From: a virus | Taxonomy: Duplodnaviria; Caudoviricetes | DNA: 64,000 nucleotides | Reading direction: 5' to 3' (one strand) | IMG/VR virus record: IMGVR_UViG_3300033072_001141 | Coordinates: 17,794-81,793 of that record | Shown: in pieces, positions 45,287 through 53,835 of the stretch | Layout: each line of letters opens with the position of its first letter | Position numbering within the stretch: the stretch's first letter is position 1 | Position numbers and translations under genes: made by a program | The notes under the pieces: generated by a model | Databases searched by the model: none | What the model was told of the DNA's origin: nothing | The model's input: only the letters and a program-made list of their open reading frames with translations

Positions 45287-46072
45287 TCACCCCGTGATGA
45301 ACGGAACCGGCTCGCTGAGGGCCTTGATCTCCTCGTTGAGCGCCTCGATCTCCCCCTGAGCTTCACCCAGGAGGGTGTCGCCGTCCATGTTCTTCGACCC
45401 GCCGGCAGACGGCATCCCATCCGTGTACTTCCCTCGGACGCGCGCCAGCATCCACTTCGTCTTGGCGTGCGCGTAGCGAAGGATGATGTCCCGGTCCCGG
45501 AAGGTCATCCTCCGGCGGAAGTCGTTGACCGGCGTCACGGCCGGCGCGACTGGATCCTCCGTGACCACGACGGTCGAGAGGTAGTACGCGACCATCGCTC
45601 CTGACCGCTGCGCGTTGGGGTAGACGTGGACCGTGTTGGTCCCCTTGTCGTACTCCCACGCGGGCTCCGAGCCGACGATCCGACGGGCCGTCTCCGCGTG
45701 CTGGAGGATGAGCTTGAAGGTCCCGTAGAAGCTGCCGCCAGGTACGCCGCTGATCGAGCTGCAGGCGACCGGCACCTGATCCACGTCGATGAAGGCGTAC
45801 GGGTTGACGGTCCCGATGATGTCGAGCGCCACGCCTGGGAAGACGACCTGGAAAACCACGTCGCAGTCGTCCGGCATCACGTAGTCCACGATGCCGGGAA
45901 CGAGGTTGACGACGGCTCTCCGCTGGATGCCCTTGCGGGCCGCGTACCAGCGGAGAGCGTCGTTGAAGGCCGTGTCGAAGTGCTCCTGGAGCAGTTCGAT
46001 CACGACCGAACCGCCACCGAGCTGGAGTTTGAGCCACTCGATGGCCTCGGTCCTGTTCATGGGGTCGGTCAC
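45287..46072 (-). CDS. Neck/head-tail adaptor (T4 gp13-like)
   Basis: 'IEWLKLQLGGGSVVIELLQEHFD.AFNDAL.WY', 'YAHAKTK..L..RGKY..MPSAGG..MDGDTL..EA..EI'. Confidence 0.8.
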   Translation of the reverse strand: MTDPMNRTEAIEWLKLQLGGGSVVIELLQEHFDTAFNDALRWYAARKGIQRRAVVNLVPGIVDYVMPDDCDVVFQVVFPGVALDIIGTVNPYAFIDVDQVPVACSSISGVPGGSFYGTFKLILQHAETARRIVGSEPAWEYDKGTNTVHVYPNAQRSGAMVAYYLSTVVVTEDPVAPAVTPVNDFRRRMTFRDRDIILRYAHAKTKWMLARVRGKYTDGMPSAGGSKNMDGDTLLGEAQGEIEALNEEIKALSEPVPFITG

Positions 46073-46101
46073 GATCTACCTCCAGGATGCTTCGGTCTCG
46101 G

Positions 46102-46548
46102 TCACTCCTTGTCGCCAGCTCCGGCGTCGGAGCTGGCCCCGGGGCCAGGCGCCTCCGGATCGGTCTGACCGGTGCTCTCGGTCTTGGGATCCTCGTCGGT
46201 CTTGGTCGCCGACTCCTCGGCCGGCTTGGTGGCCGACTCCTCGGCCGACTTGCCCTTGCCCTTGCCCTTGCCCTGAGCAGACAGCTTGGCGGCGTGGGAC
46301 TTGGTGGTGGTCCCTTCCGACGTGGACGCGGGGGGAGCGGCGGGCGGGGCCGGCGGGGCCGCGGGCTTCGGCTGAGCCGCGGCGGCCGGCTCCTTGACCT
46401 CCTGGAGGAACCCCATCCCCACGAACCTCGCCCACTGCGGTCCTTCGAGGATGTCCTTGTCGAGGATGCGGCGATCGCCTCCGCCGACGTGCAGCGTGAG
46501 GTCCTTGCCGAGCCACTGCCTGGCCTTCTTGAACTTGGGGGTGCTCAT
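46102..46548 (-). CDS. Hypothetical protein with Pro/Ala/Lys-rich tail
   Basis: 148 aa; AGGAG RBS. Confidence 0.65.
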   Translation of the reverse strand: MSTPKFKKARQWLGKDLTLHVGGGDRRILDKDILEGPQWARFVGMGFLQEVKEPAAAAQPKPAAPPAPPAAPPASTSEGTTTKSHAAKLSAQGKGKGKGKSAEESATKPAEESATKTDEDPKTESTGQTDPEAPGPGASSDAGAGDKE

Positions 46549-46580
46549 GGGTCGCTTCTCCTGGAGGTGTTGTGTCCCGC

Positions 46581-46622
46581 AAAAGCGAGACGGGCGAGAC
46601 CGTTGTACCGGTCCCGCCCGTC
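46581..46622 (-). terminator. Intrinsic terminator-like hairpin after the major capsid gene
   Basis: 14-bp stem GACGGGCGGGACCG / CGGTCTCGCCCGTC (one G-U), 6-nt loop, then TCGCTTTT. Confidence 0.7.
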
Positions 46623-46653
46623 GTCGTCTACCGAGACGCGCTCGGCCGTCGGC

Positions 46654-48165
46654 TCAGAGGCCGCCGGTGATCGTCACGCGGCCGTACCACTCCGAGCGGA
46701 GCAGCTTGGTCGCGTACCGCGTGCGCATCCCCTTCCGGTACGTCTGGTCCTCGGGGTCGAGGAACGTCGGCGTCATCTGGAGGGGGACGTACGGCGAGAA
46801 CACGAACCCGGCGTCCAGGTAGCTCTGGCCGCGGAGGCCGAGCATGATCTGGTTGAACCGGAAGAACGGGTCCTGGTAGCCGTACCACTTGTTGGCGACG
46901 GGGCCGAGCTTGATGATGCCCTGGTGCGACGAGATCGGGCCGTAGCTCGGGGGAACCACGGAGCCGTCGTACGCCGCGCCACCGGGCGTCGCGGGGCCCA
47001 TGCCCGACAGCCACGGCGGCTGGTAGTCGCCGTGGGTCTGGAGCTGGACGATCTTCGCCGAGACCTCGGGGGAGGTCACGAACCAGTTCGCGGGCGCGCG
47101 CAGCGTCTTCTTGTGGATGAGGAAGCTGACCGCGCTCATGCGGGTGAGGACCGAGCGGATGTGATCCACCTCGGAGATGCCCGCCGGCACCGTGAAGTCG
47201 AACGTCGAGGTCGTCGTGGCCGAGGCCGCGAAGAGCTGGTCGAGGATGTCACGGTCCAGTTCCAGCGCGATCTCCTGCGAGATGCCGGCGACCAGCTCCG
47301 TCTCCGCGTCGATGCCGTGGAGCGAGCGCAGGTCGTCCGCCGCCTCCGCCGACCAGCGCGCCTTGAGCTTGCGCGTGCGGGCGCGGATCGTCTCGAAGTC
47401 GATGTCGATGAACACGTCCGGCACCTGACGGTTGCCTTCCGAGTCGTAGAAGTAGGTGGCCACGATCTTCCGACCAGCGCCCGCCGCCGGAGCCGCGGTG
47501 AACAGGAAGCCCGTCACCTGACCGGTCGCGTAGTTGATCGAGCCCGCCGCCACGTCACCGGTGAAGCCGCCGGAGCCGTTGTCCACGGCTTCCTGGACCA
47601 CCGTGCCGTCCGCGTCCACGTCCTGGATGGTGACCGAGTAGCCCTCGGACGCGTCGAGCGGCCGAACCGGGCTGTACTGGAGAACCACCGAGAGCGCAGT
47701 GCCGGCGCCGCCGTAGGCCACGCCGTCCGGGATCGCGAGCGTCTCGTCGGTCACCTTCTCCGAGGTGTAGTCACGGTCGAAGTTCTGGATGAGGTTCGAC
47801 CCCGCCGAGGTCGTGCCCTTCGCCTTGCCGTGCTTGTACTCGAAGTAGAAGACCGCGCCGACCGGCGCCGTCATCGGCTGCACCGAGACGACCTCGTTCG
47901 CGATCAGGTTCGGGAACACCCTCCGCAGGACGGGGAAGATGTACTTGGTGTACGCGCCCGCGTTCGCCGCGAGCGTGTCCTCCTGGAGCTGGCGCTGCAT
48001 GTCGCGCAGCTCGTTCTCGAAGAGGATCGCCATCACCTTGCGGGTGTAGGGATCCTTCACGCCACCCAGGAACCGCTGGAACTTCTGCTCCAGGAGGGCG
48101 GTGTAGGACTCGTCGCGGATGGTTCCGCCGCCCGCCTCTCGGAGCATCTGCCTTGCTTCGCTCAT
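46654..48165 (-). CDS. Major capsid protein (T4 gp23-like)
   Basis: 'RRVFPNLIANEVVSVQPMTAPVGAVFY', 'ARTRKLKARWSAEAADDLRSLHGIDAETEL..EIALELDRDIL', 'F.PYVPLQMT..DP.....KGMRTRY'. Confidence 0.95.
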   Translation of the reverse strand: MSEARQMLREAGGGTIRDESYTALLEQKFQRFLGGVKDPYTRKVMAILFENELRDMQRQLQEDTLAANAGAYTKYIFPVLRRVFPNLIANEVVSVQPMTAPVGAVFYFEYKHGKAKGTTSAGSNLIQNFDRDYTSEKVTDETLAIPDGVAYGGAGTALSVVLQYSPVRPLDASEGYSVTIQDVDADGTVVQEAVDNGSGGFTGDVAAGSINYATGQVTGFLFTAAPAAGAGRKIVATYFYDSEGNRQVPDVFIDIDFETIRARTRKLKARWSAEAADDLRSLHGIDAETELVAGISQEIALELDRDILDQLFAASATTTSTFDFTVPAGISEVDHIRSVLTRMSAVSFLIHKKTLRAPANWFVTSPEVSAKIVQLQTHGDYQPPWLSGMGPATPGGAAYDGSVVPPSYGPISSHQGIIKLGPVANKWYGYQDPFFRFNQIMLGLRGQSYLDAGFVFSPYVPLQMTPTFLDPEDQTYRKGMRTRYATKLLRSEWYGRVTITGGL

Positions 48166-48229
48166 CTTCGTATCTCCTCGGGTTCAGGTCTCTGGCAGTT
48201 GGTCTCGCGCTGCTTCTACCGACAGACGC

Positions 48230-49834
48230 TCACTGGGGGCGGGGGTTGCCCACGAGCCTGTCGAACTCCTCGTCTCCGAGACCGAGCTGCTCCAGGAGGC
48301 CACCCCCCTGGATCCCGTTGCCGTTCTTGGAGCCGGTAGAGGACTGATCCTCCACCAGGCTCGAAGCCTTGCCGCGCTGCACCCTGGTGCGGATGCGGTC
48401 GGCCGCGTCACCGGACAGGTCCGGCGACGAAGACATGCTGAACTTGCCCAGCCACGAGTCCACGTCCTCGGTGGTGACGAAGGACGCGCTCTCGGCGAGC
48501 TGACGCACCCTGGCCGCGTCGGGGCGGCCGGCGATCTTCTTCTCCAGATGGAGCTGGAGCTGGAAGCCCTCGGAGATGCGCACCGCCTCGCGGGCCTTGC
48601 CCAGGGCCGAGTCGCGCTCCTCGTGGGCCTTCGCGATCTTCCGGTCGGACTCCGCCACCTGGGCGCGCAGGTCCTCGATCTGCTTCGTCAGCTCGTCGTG
48701 GCGCTCCGCCGCCTCCTGCGAGGCCGGCTTGGCGTGGACGAACTCCTTGAGCAGCGCGCTCACCTTCTCGTCCATCTCGTCCATGGAGCGGTAGGTGGTC
48801 ACGTCGCCGATCAGGCGGATGATCGTGTCCTTGGACGGGTGGTCGCCCACGCGCCGCTCCAGGTGGAGCTGGTAGCCCGCCTTCTTGGCGAGCTTCTCGA
48901 ACTCCTGCCGCTCACGGATGGTCTTCTGGACCTCCAGCTCGCGGTCGGCGAGCTGGGCGCGGAGCTTGGAGTTCTCCTGCTCCTTCGCCTCCATGTCGGC
49001 GCGGATCTTCTCGTTCATGCCGAACGAGGAGACGAGCGAGACGATCTGCTCCACCACCGTCTTGGCGGCGGCGACCTCCGGGTCGCTCTCCAGATCGGAG
49101 CGCGCCTTGCGGTACGCCTCCTCGGAGAGGTTCTCGATGGTCTTGCGCAGCTCCGCCTGGAACGTGCTCTTGAGCCGCTCCTTGGCGCGATCCTCCGCCT
49201 CCGTGATCTGGCGAGCCACGTCGCCCAGCGACGACTCGGCGATCTCCTTGAGGAGCCCCGGGTAGTCGCGGCGGAGCGACTCGATCGTCATGCCGGACTC
49301 GGCCTGCGAGATGTGCTCCCGCTCCTCCTGGAAGACCTTCGGGTAGGCCGTCCTCGTGGCCGGGTCGGCCACGAAGTCGAAGGTGTCGAGGCGGAAGTCC
49401 TCCAGGACCTCCTCGGTCCCGTCGGGCAGGCTCTTGGTCGATCCGTAGCCGCGCGACGACACGCCGACCTGGGCGCCGGCCTGGAAGAGGCTCTTGAGGA
49501 TGCGCCCGTTCGGCGTGTCGAGGATCTGGGCCTCGCCGACGACCTCGTTGCCCTCGATGCGCAGCCCGGTCATGAGGTGCGAGACGCGCTGGAGCTTGGT
49601 GCGACCGTCGGCCGGGTGGTCCAGCTCGCCGTACGCCCGGCGAGCCTTCATGGACTCGTTGAGCCTCCCGATCTCACGGCGCCAGAGGTGCTCCTTGTAC
49701 AGGCGCTTGTTCTCCGTCGCCTTGTCCGAACGCGCGAACTGACCACGCACGACGTAGCGCGCGTTGCCGGCGCTGTCCTTCGACTCCTCCAGGCGGAGGA
49801 CGAAGGGCGCGTTCTCGATGAGGAGCTGGGTCAT
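48230..49834 (-). CDS. Prohead protease (T4 gp21-like) fused to coiled-coil scaffold
   Basis: 'NKRLY...AYGELDHP...VSHL...G.AQILDTPNGRIL..L..GAQVGVSSRGYGS...DFVADPA' then about 350 aa of helical heptads. Confidence 0.9.
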   Translation of the reverse strand: MTQLLIENAPFVLRLEESKDSAGNARYVVRGQFARSDKATENKRLYKEHLWRREIGRLNESMKARRAYGELDHPADGRTKLQRVSHLMTGLRIEGNEVVGEAQILDTPNGRILKSLFQAGAQVGVSSRGYGSTKSLPDGTEEVLEDFRLDTFDFVADPATRTAYPKVFQEEREHISQAESGMTIESLRRDYPGLLKEIAESSLGDVARQITEAEDRAKERLKSTFQAELRKTIENLSEEAYRKARSDLESDPEVAAAKTVVEQIVSLVSSFGMNEKIRADMEAKEQENSKLRAQLADRELEVQKTIRERQEFEKLAKKAGYQLHLERRVGDHPSKDTIIRLIGDVTTYRSMDEMDEKVSALLKEFVHAKPASQEAAERHDELTKQIEDLRAQVAESDRKIAKAHEERDSALGKAREAVRISEGFQLQLHLEKKIAGRPDAARVRQLAESASFVTTEDVDSWLGKFSMSSSPDLSGDAADRIRTRVQRGKASSLVEDQSSTGSKNGNGIQGGGLLEQLGLGDEEFDRLVGNPRPQ

Positions 49835-49855
49835 GGTCTGTCTTCCTCGTGGCGG

Positions 49856-50059
49856 TCAGAAGACCCGCCACCGCTTGTAGGCGAAGGGGGTCCGCGCGAT
49901 CAGTCGTCCGGGCTTCTTCTTCGGTGGCTTCCGCTTGGGTCTCGGAACGATGTCCTTGGGGATCTCGTATCCGATCAGTTCGCGTCGTCCGCTGGAGTAG
50001 GCGGTTCGCCGCTTGCGAGCCCCCTCCCCCAGCAGGAGGGAGAGGGGGATCAGCGTCAC
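49856..50059 (-). CDS. Small basic hypothetical protein
   Basis: 67 aa, Lys/Arg-rich, fills the gap in the head operon. Confidence 0.5.
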   Translation of the reverse strand: MTLIPLSLLLGEGARKRRTAYSSGRRELIGYEIPKDIVPRPKRKPPKKKPGRLIARTPFAYKRWRVF

Positions 50060-50060
50060 C

Positions 50061-50948
50061 TCAGGCCCCCGCGCCCGCTCCGGCGTGCTCGATGGCCTGG
50101 AAGAGCGTGGGCGAGCCCATGCCCTCCCAGACCTTGAGGGCCTTCGTGGTCTGGTCGAGGACGCGGCGGAGCTTCTCCTCCTGCGCCTCGGAGATGTCGC
50201 TCTCGGCGATCTTCTCCAGGTCCTCGGAGAGGTCGGCGGCGATGTCCGAGACCGAGTACATCGTCTCGGCGCTCTCCTTGTCGCCCACCGCCTCGAACAC
50301 CTCGCCGAGGTGCATCGCGAGCAGGCCGGCGTTGTAGGCCGCCTCCTCGTACGAGTTGTCGTTGTCGGGGGCGCCCGAGGTGTTGTTCAGCGCCTCGCGC
50401 AGGTTCGCGAGCGCCTGGTCGTTGTGCTGCATCACGACGCGCTTGCCCGCGGCGTGGAGCTTCGCCAGCATCTTGCTGCCGAACTTCTTGAGCTTCTTCT
50501 TGGCGCGCAGGAGGATCTTCCGGCGGTTGCGCTTCCGGTACATCCGGCTCGCGACGCGCAGGGCCGCCTTCTTGCCCTTGCGGTAGAGGCGCGCGGCGAG
50601 CTTCTGGGCCACCGACTTCCGGATCTTCTTGACGGCCCGGAACGCCTCTTCCTTGTTCGCGGCGGGATCCACGCCCGCCTGGCGCAGCTCGGCGCGCGCC
50701 TGCTCGGCGAGGGTCTTCACCTTGCCGCCCGAGGCGGCCGGACGGCTGCCTCCGAGCAGGTTGCGGTCCTCGGCGAGGCGCGACGGGACCTGGCCCTGCG
50801 GGGCCACCGGCGGTGACGCCGAGCCCGGACGGGCCTCGGCGAGCTTGCCGGTCATGCGGTCGATCTCGCCGAGGACCTTCCCGGCGTCGAGACCGACCTC
50901 CTTGAGATCCTCCTCCAGCGAACCGACCTTCATCTTGGTGCCCAGCAT
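50061..50948 (-). CDS. Putative prohead core protein
   Basis: Start at ATG 50948 after AAGGAG; very basic central helix; lies between portal and protease like T4 gp67/68. Confidence 0.55.
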   Translation of the reverse strand: MLGTKMKVGSLEEDLKEVGLDAGKVLGEIDRMTGKLAEARPGSASPPVAPQGQVPSRLAEDRNLLGGSRPAASGGKVKTLAEQARAELRQAGVDPAANKEEAFRAVKKIRKSVAQKLAARLYRKGKKAALRVASRMYRKRNRRKILLRAKKKLKKFGSKMLAKLHAAGKRVVMQHNDQALANLREALNNTSGAPDNDNSYEEAAYNAGLLAMHLGEVFEAVGDKESAETMYSVSDIAADLSEDLEKIAESDISEAQEEKLRRVLDQTTKALKVWEGMGSPTLFQAIEHAGAGAGA

Positions 50949-50965
50949 GTCTCGCTCCTTCGTTC

Positions 50966-51910
50966 TCAGGCGGCCTGCGACTCGAACCGGCGCGCCATCT
51001 TCTCGGTGAAGGCCGCCGCGAGGGACCACTCCCTCATCTGCTCAGCGATTCCATCGTGGAGACGGGCCAGGCACTTCGCGCACCCGTCCTCTGCCACTGC
51101 CAGTGCATCGTCCACGATGGAGATCATGCCGTCCAGGTCTTCCGCGAACCCGGAGGCGAACTCGACGAAGTCCGCGGTCGTCTCCGCATCGTCTGCGGAT
51201 CCACGGACCCTGTGACTCTCACCCACCTGCCTGGCGAGCGAGGTCTGGTCACGAAGCCGGCCGAGGAACTCCCTCAGCGACTTCACGGCACCGACGACCG
51301 ACTCCCTACGGCCCTCCGCCACCGACTCGTCGATGGCGTCCGCGGTGATGTTCTCGAACTGCGGCTTCGGGTAGGAGAGCCTGAGCGCCTCGGCACCGAG
51401 GAACTTGCGGATGTCCGCCTCCCTCTCGGTGACCATCTTGACCCAGTCGGCTTCCGTGAAGCGGTCCCTGTTCTCCAGGAACAGGTGCTCCACCGCCTCG
51501 GCCGTCATGGGAACGCCGCCCGTCGCGAGATCGAGCAGCTCCTTGAGCTTCTCCTCGGCCGAGTCGGAGTTGCACTCCAGCAGGTCGGAGACCGCCTCCT
51601 CGTACTTCTTGCGGATGGTGGACTGGCGGACCTCGCCCTCGATCACGGGGACATCGATCTGCCTCACGTTGGTGAGGACCACATCGCCGTCCTGCTCGGT
51701 CCACTCGCACCGGAAGAACTCGCCGTCGGTGTTCGCGACGATGGCGTGGTCGGTGTAGGTGCCGATCACGCGAACGGACGACTCGTCCTCCGCGCCGAAC
51801 AGCTCGGCGTGGCCAGCCACGGCCTCCTCGACCGCGCCCATGCGGACCTCGAACGAGCCCGCCAGGAGCTTCGCCAGGAAGTCGCCGTCCACCAGCTTCT
51901 CAGAGGCCAT
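50966..51910 (-). CDS. Putative prohead core/scaffold protein (acidic)
   Basis: Start at ATG 51910 after GGAGG; immediately after the portal gene. Confidence 0.55.
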   Translation of the reverse strand: MASEKLVDGDFLAKLLAGSFEVRMGAVEEAVAGHAELFGAEDESSVRVIGTYTDHAIVANTDGEFFRCEWTEQDGDVVLTNVRQIDVPVIEGEVRQSTIRKKYEEAVSDLLECNSDSAEEKLKELLDLATGGVPMTAEAVEHLFLENRDRFTEADWVKMVTEREADIRKFLGAEALRLSYPKPQFENITADAIDESVAEGRRESVVGAVKSLREFLGRLRDQTSLARQVGESHRVRGSADDAETTADFVEFASGFAEDLDGMISIVDDALAVAEDGCAKCLARLHDGIAEQMREWSLAAAFTEKMARRFESQAA

Positions 51911-51989
51911 TGGTTCCTCCGTATGACACTCGTTTCGTTCGCCTGTCAAGTATGGTCAGACCACATATTGTCACGTCACCACGGTCTGT

Positions 51990-53834
51990 TCACCGCAAGG
52001 TCTGCCGGATGTCGGCCAGCATCCCCTCGATCGAGGTGAGCCTCTTGGCCAGCGCCCGGTCGTTCTTCAACGCCTCGTGGAGCTTGTCCTCACCGTACCT
52101 GGTTCGGTTCTTGGACTCGAACTCCTTGCGCCAGCCCTCCCTGGTCGCGCGCATGACCTCGGAGAGCCTCTTGGCCCGGACGGCGTTCCCCTTGCGCTTT
52201 TCCTGTAGCGCCTTGCCGTACCTCCGGGCCGCTTCCTGACCAGGCTCTCCGCCCTGTTCTTCGTCCTCGCCGCCGGCCGGTTCTTCTTCGGCGCCGGCCT
52301 GGAAGTCGCTCTGCACCTCGGCCTGGGCCTGCATCGCCATCTGCTGGACGTTGGCCTCGGTCTCGCCCTTGCGGAGCTGCTCCTCTTCCCGCTCATCCAT
52401 GAGCTGGGCGGCCTCCTCTTCGGAGAACTTGTAGAGCTTCGTGAGGATCCATCGTGTGCTGACCTGCTCGCCCATTCGGGCGGCCACGTCGGCCGTCGCG
52501 CTCAGGACCTCCAGCTTCGCCAGCTCCAGGATCGCGCTCGGAACCGACATCTGAACGTCGAAGTCCAGCCGGTCGGCGTCGGCGCCGATGGCCACCAGAT
52601 GGACACGCAGGGCCTTCCGGAACCCCGAGCGCGTCTCGCGCTGGATGCGCATGACGGTGCGCGCGAACCGGATGTCCTCGGACGACAGAGACGCCCTGGT
52701 CGCCTCGCCCCCATAGCCGAGGTACGTCTTCGGCACCTTGAGGCCGGCGACGAGCTTGTCGCGGTGGTAGTCGAGCGTGTCGGTCTCGGCGTAGTCGGGA
52801 CCCTGGAGCACCTCGATGCGCGTCGAGTCCTTGCCGTTGCGGCTCGGAATGAAGAAGTCCTCGTCGTGCGCCAGCGGGTTGTGGCGCATGTCGAGCTTCC
52901 CCGTCTGGGGGTTCATGAACTTCTTCTTGATGAAGTTGTTCTTGACCTGGTTCACGTAGGCGAGACCGCGGACGTTATCCAGCTCGCCCACGTCGATGTA
53001 GAACGCGTACCGCGCGGGCGCGCGCGAGAGCTTGTAGATGAGGATCGCGTCCTCCAGGAGGGCGAGCCGCTTCCAGATCCACCTGGCCGGGTCGGCGACG
53101 CCGTGGCCGTAGACCGACCTCATGTGCTTGCCGCGCAGCCTCCAGTGGACGACCTCCCAGTCCTCGAAGACCGTCATCTCGCCAGGCGTCCGTCCGCGCG
53201 ACCTTCCGGCCGCCTGCTCCTTGGCGAGCTGGTAGAAGTCCTCCAGCGAGATATTGAACTCGCCGCGCGTGTCCTGGATGAACCCGAGGAGCTTCCCCTT
53301 CGGATCCTCGACGCGGCGAACCGTCGGCGGCGGGAGGTAGTTGATGCCGACGAGCCCCTGCTCGGCGACCACCAGCTCGCCGAACCCGTTGCCGTACTTC
53401 CCCAGCGTCCGGTTCAGCCCCCAGATGTCGTCCTCGACCTGGATCCTCTTGTGGAGGACCACGTCGAGTTCCTTGGCCACCTGACCGTTCTCGCTGGTGA
53501 CCCAGATCGACTTGCCCTCCTCCATGTCGGGCATCGTCGAGTCGTCGGCGTAGATGTCGTACGCGGAGCTGATCTCCGGGTACTCGTCCATCTCCTCGTA
53601 GTCCGCGTAGCGGGCCATGAGGTCCTGGTCGATCCGAAGGTGCTCGGCGAGCGTGTCGTAGCCGAACTGGGAGACGAGGTTGTAGGGCAGGCCGGCGCGT
53701 TCGACCGATGGCATCCCGCCCTTGCGGAGATCGGCGGCGACGAACTCGGGGGACCTGGCAAAGAACTGCCTGAGGCCCTGGCCGACCTGCTGGATGAACC
53801 CCTCGACGAGGGAGCGCTGCTTCTTGGGTGCCAC
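51990..53834 (-). CDS. Portal protein (T4 gp20-like)
   Basis: 'YEEMDEYPEISSAYDIYADD', 'LEDAILIYKLSRAPARYAFYIDVGEL', 'EDFFIPSRNG..TRIEVL.G', 'LKVPKTYL'. Confidence 0.95.
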   Translation of the reverse strand: MAPKKQRSLVEGFIQQVGQGLRQFFARSPEFVAADLRKGGMPSVERAGLPYNLVSQFGYDTLAEHLRIDQDLMARYADYEEMDEYPEISSAYDIYADDSTMPDMEEGKSIWVTSENGQVAKELDVVLHKRIQVEDDIWGLNRTLGKYGNGFGELVVAEQGLVGINYLPPPTVRRVEDPKGKLLGFIQDTRGEFNISLEDFYQLAKEQAAGRSRGRTPGEMTVFEDWEVVHWRLRGKHMRSVYGHGVADPARWIWKRLALLEDAILIYKLSRAPARYAFYIDVGELDNVRGLAYVNQVKNNFIKKKFMNPQTGKLDMRHNPLAHDEDFFIPSRNGKDSTRIEVLQGPDYAETDTLDYHRDKLVAGLKVPKTYLGYGGEATRASLSSEDIRFARTVMRIQRETRSGFRKALRVHLVAIGADADRLDFDVQMSVPSAILELAKLEVLSATADVAARMGEQVSTRWILTKLYKFSEEEAAQLMDEREEEQLRKGETEANVQQMAMQAQAEVQSDFQAGAEEEPAGGEDEEQGGEPGQEAARRYGKALQEKRKGNAVRAKRLSEVMRATREGWRKEFESKNRTRYGEDKLHEALKNDRALAKRLTSIEGMLADIRQTLR

Positions 53835-53835
53835 G

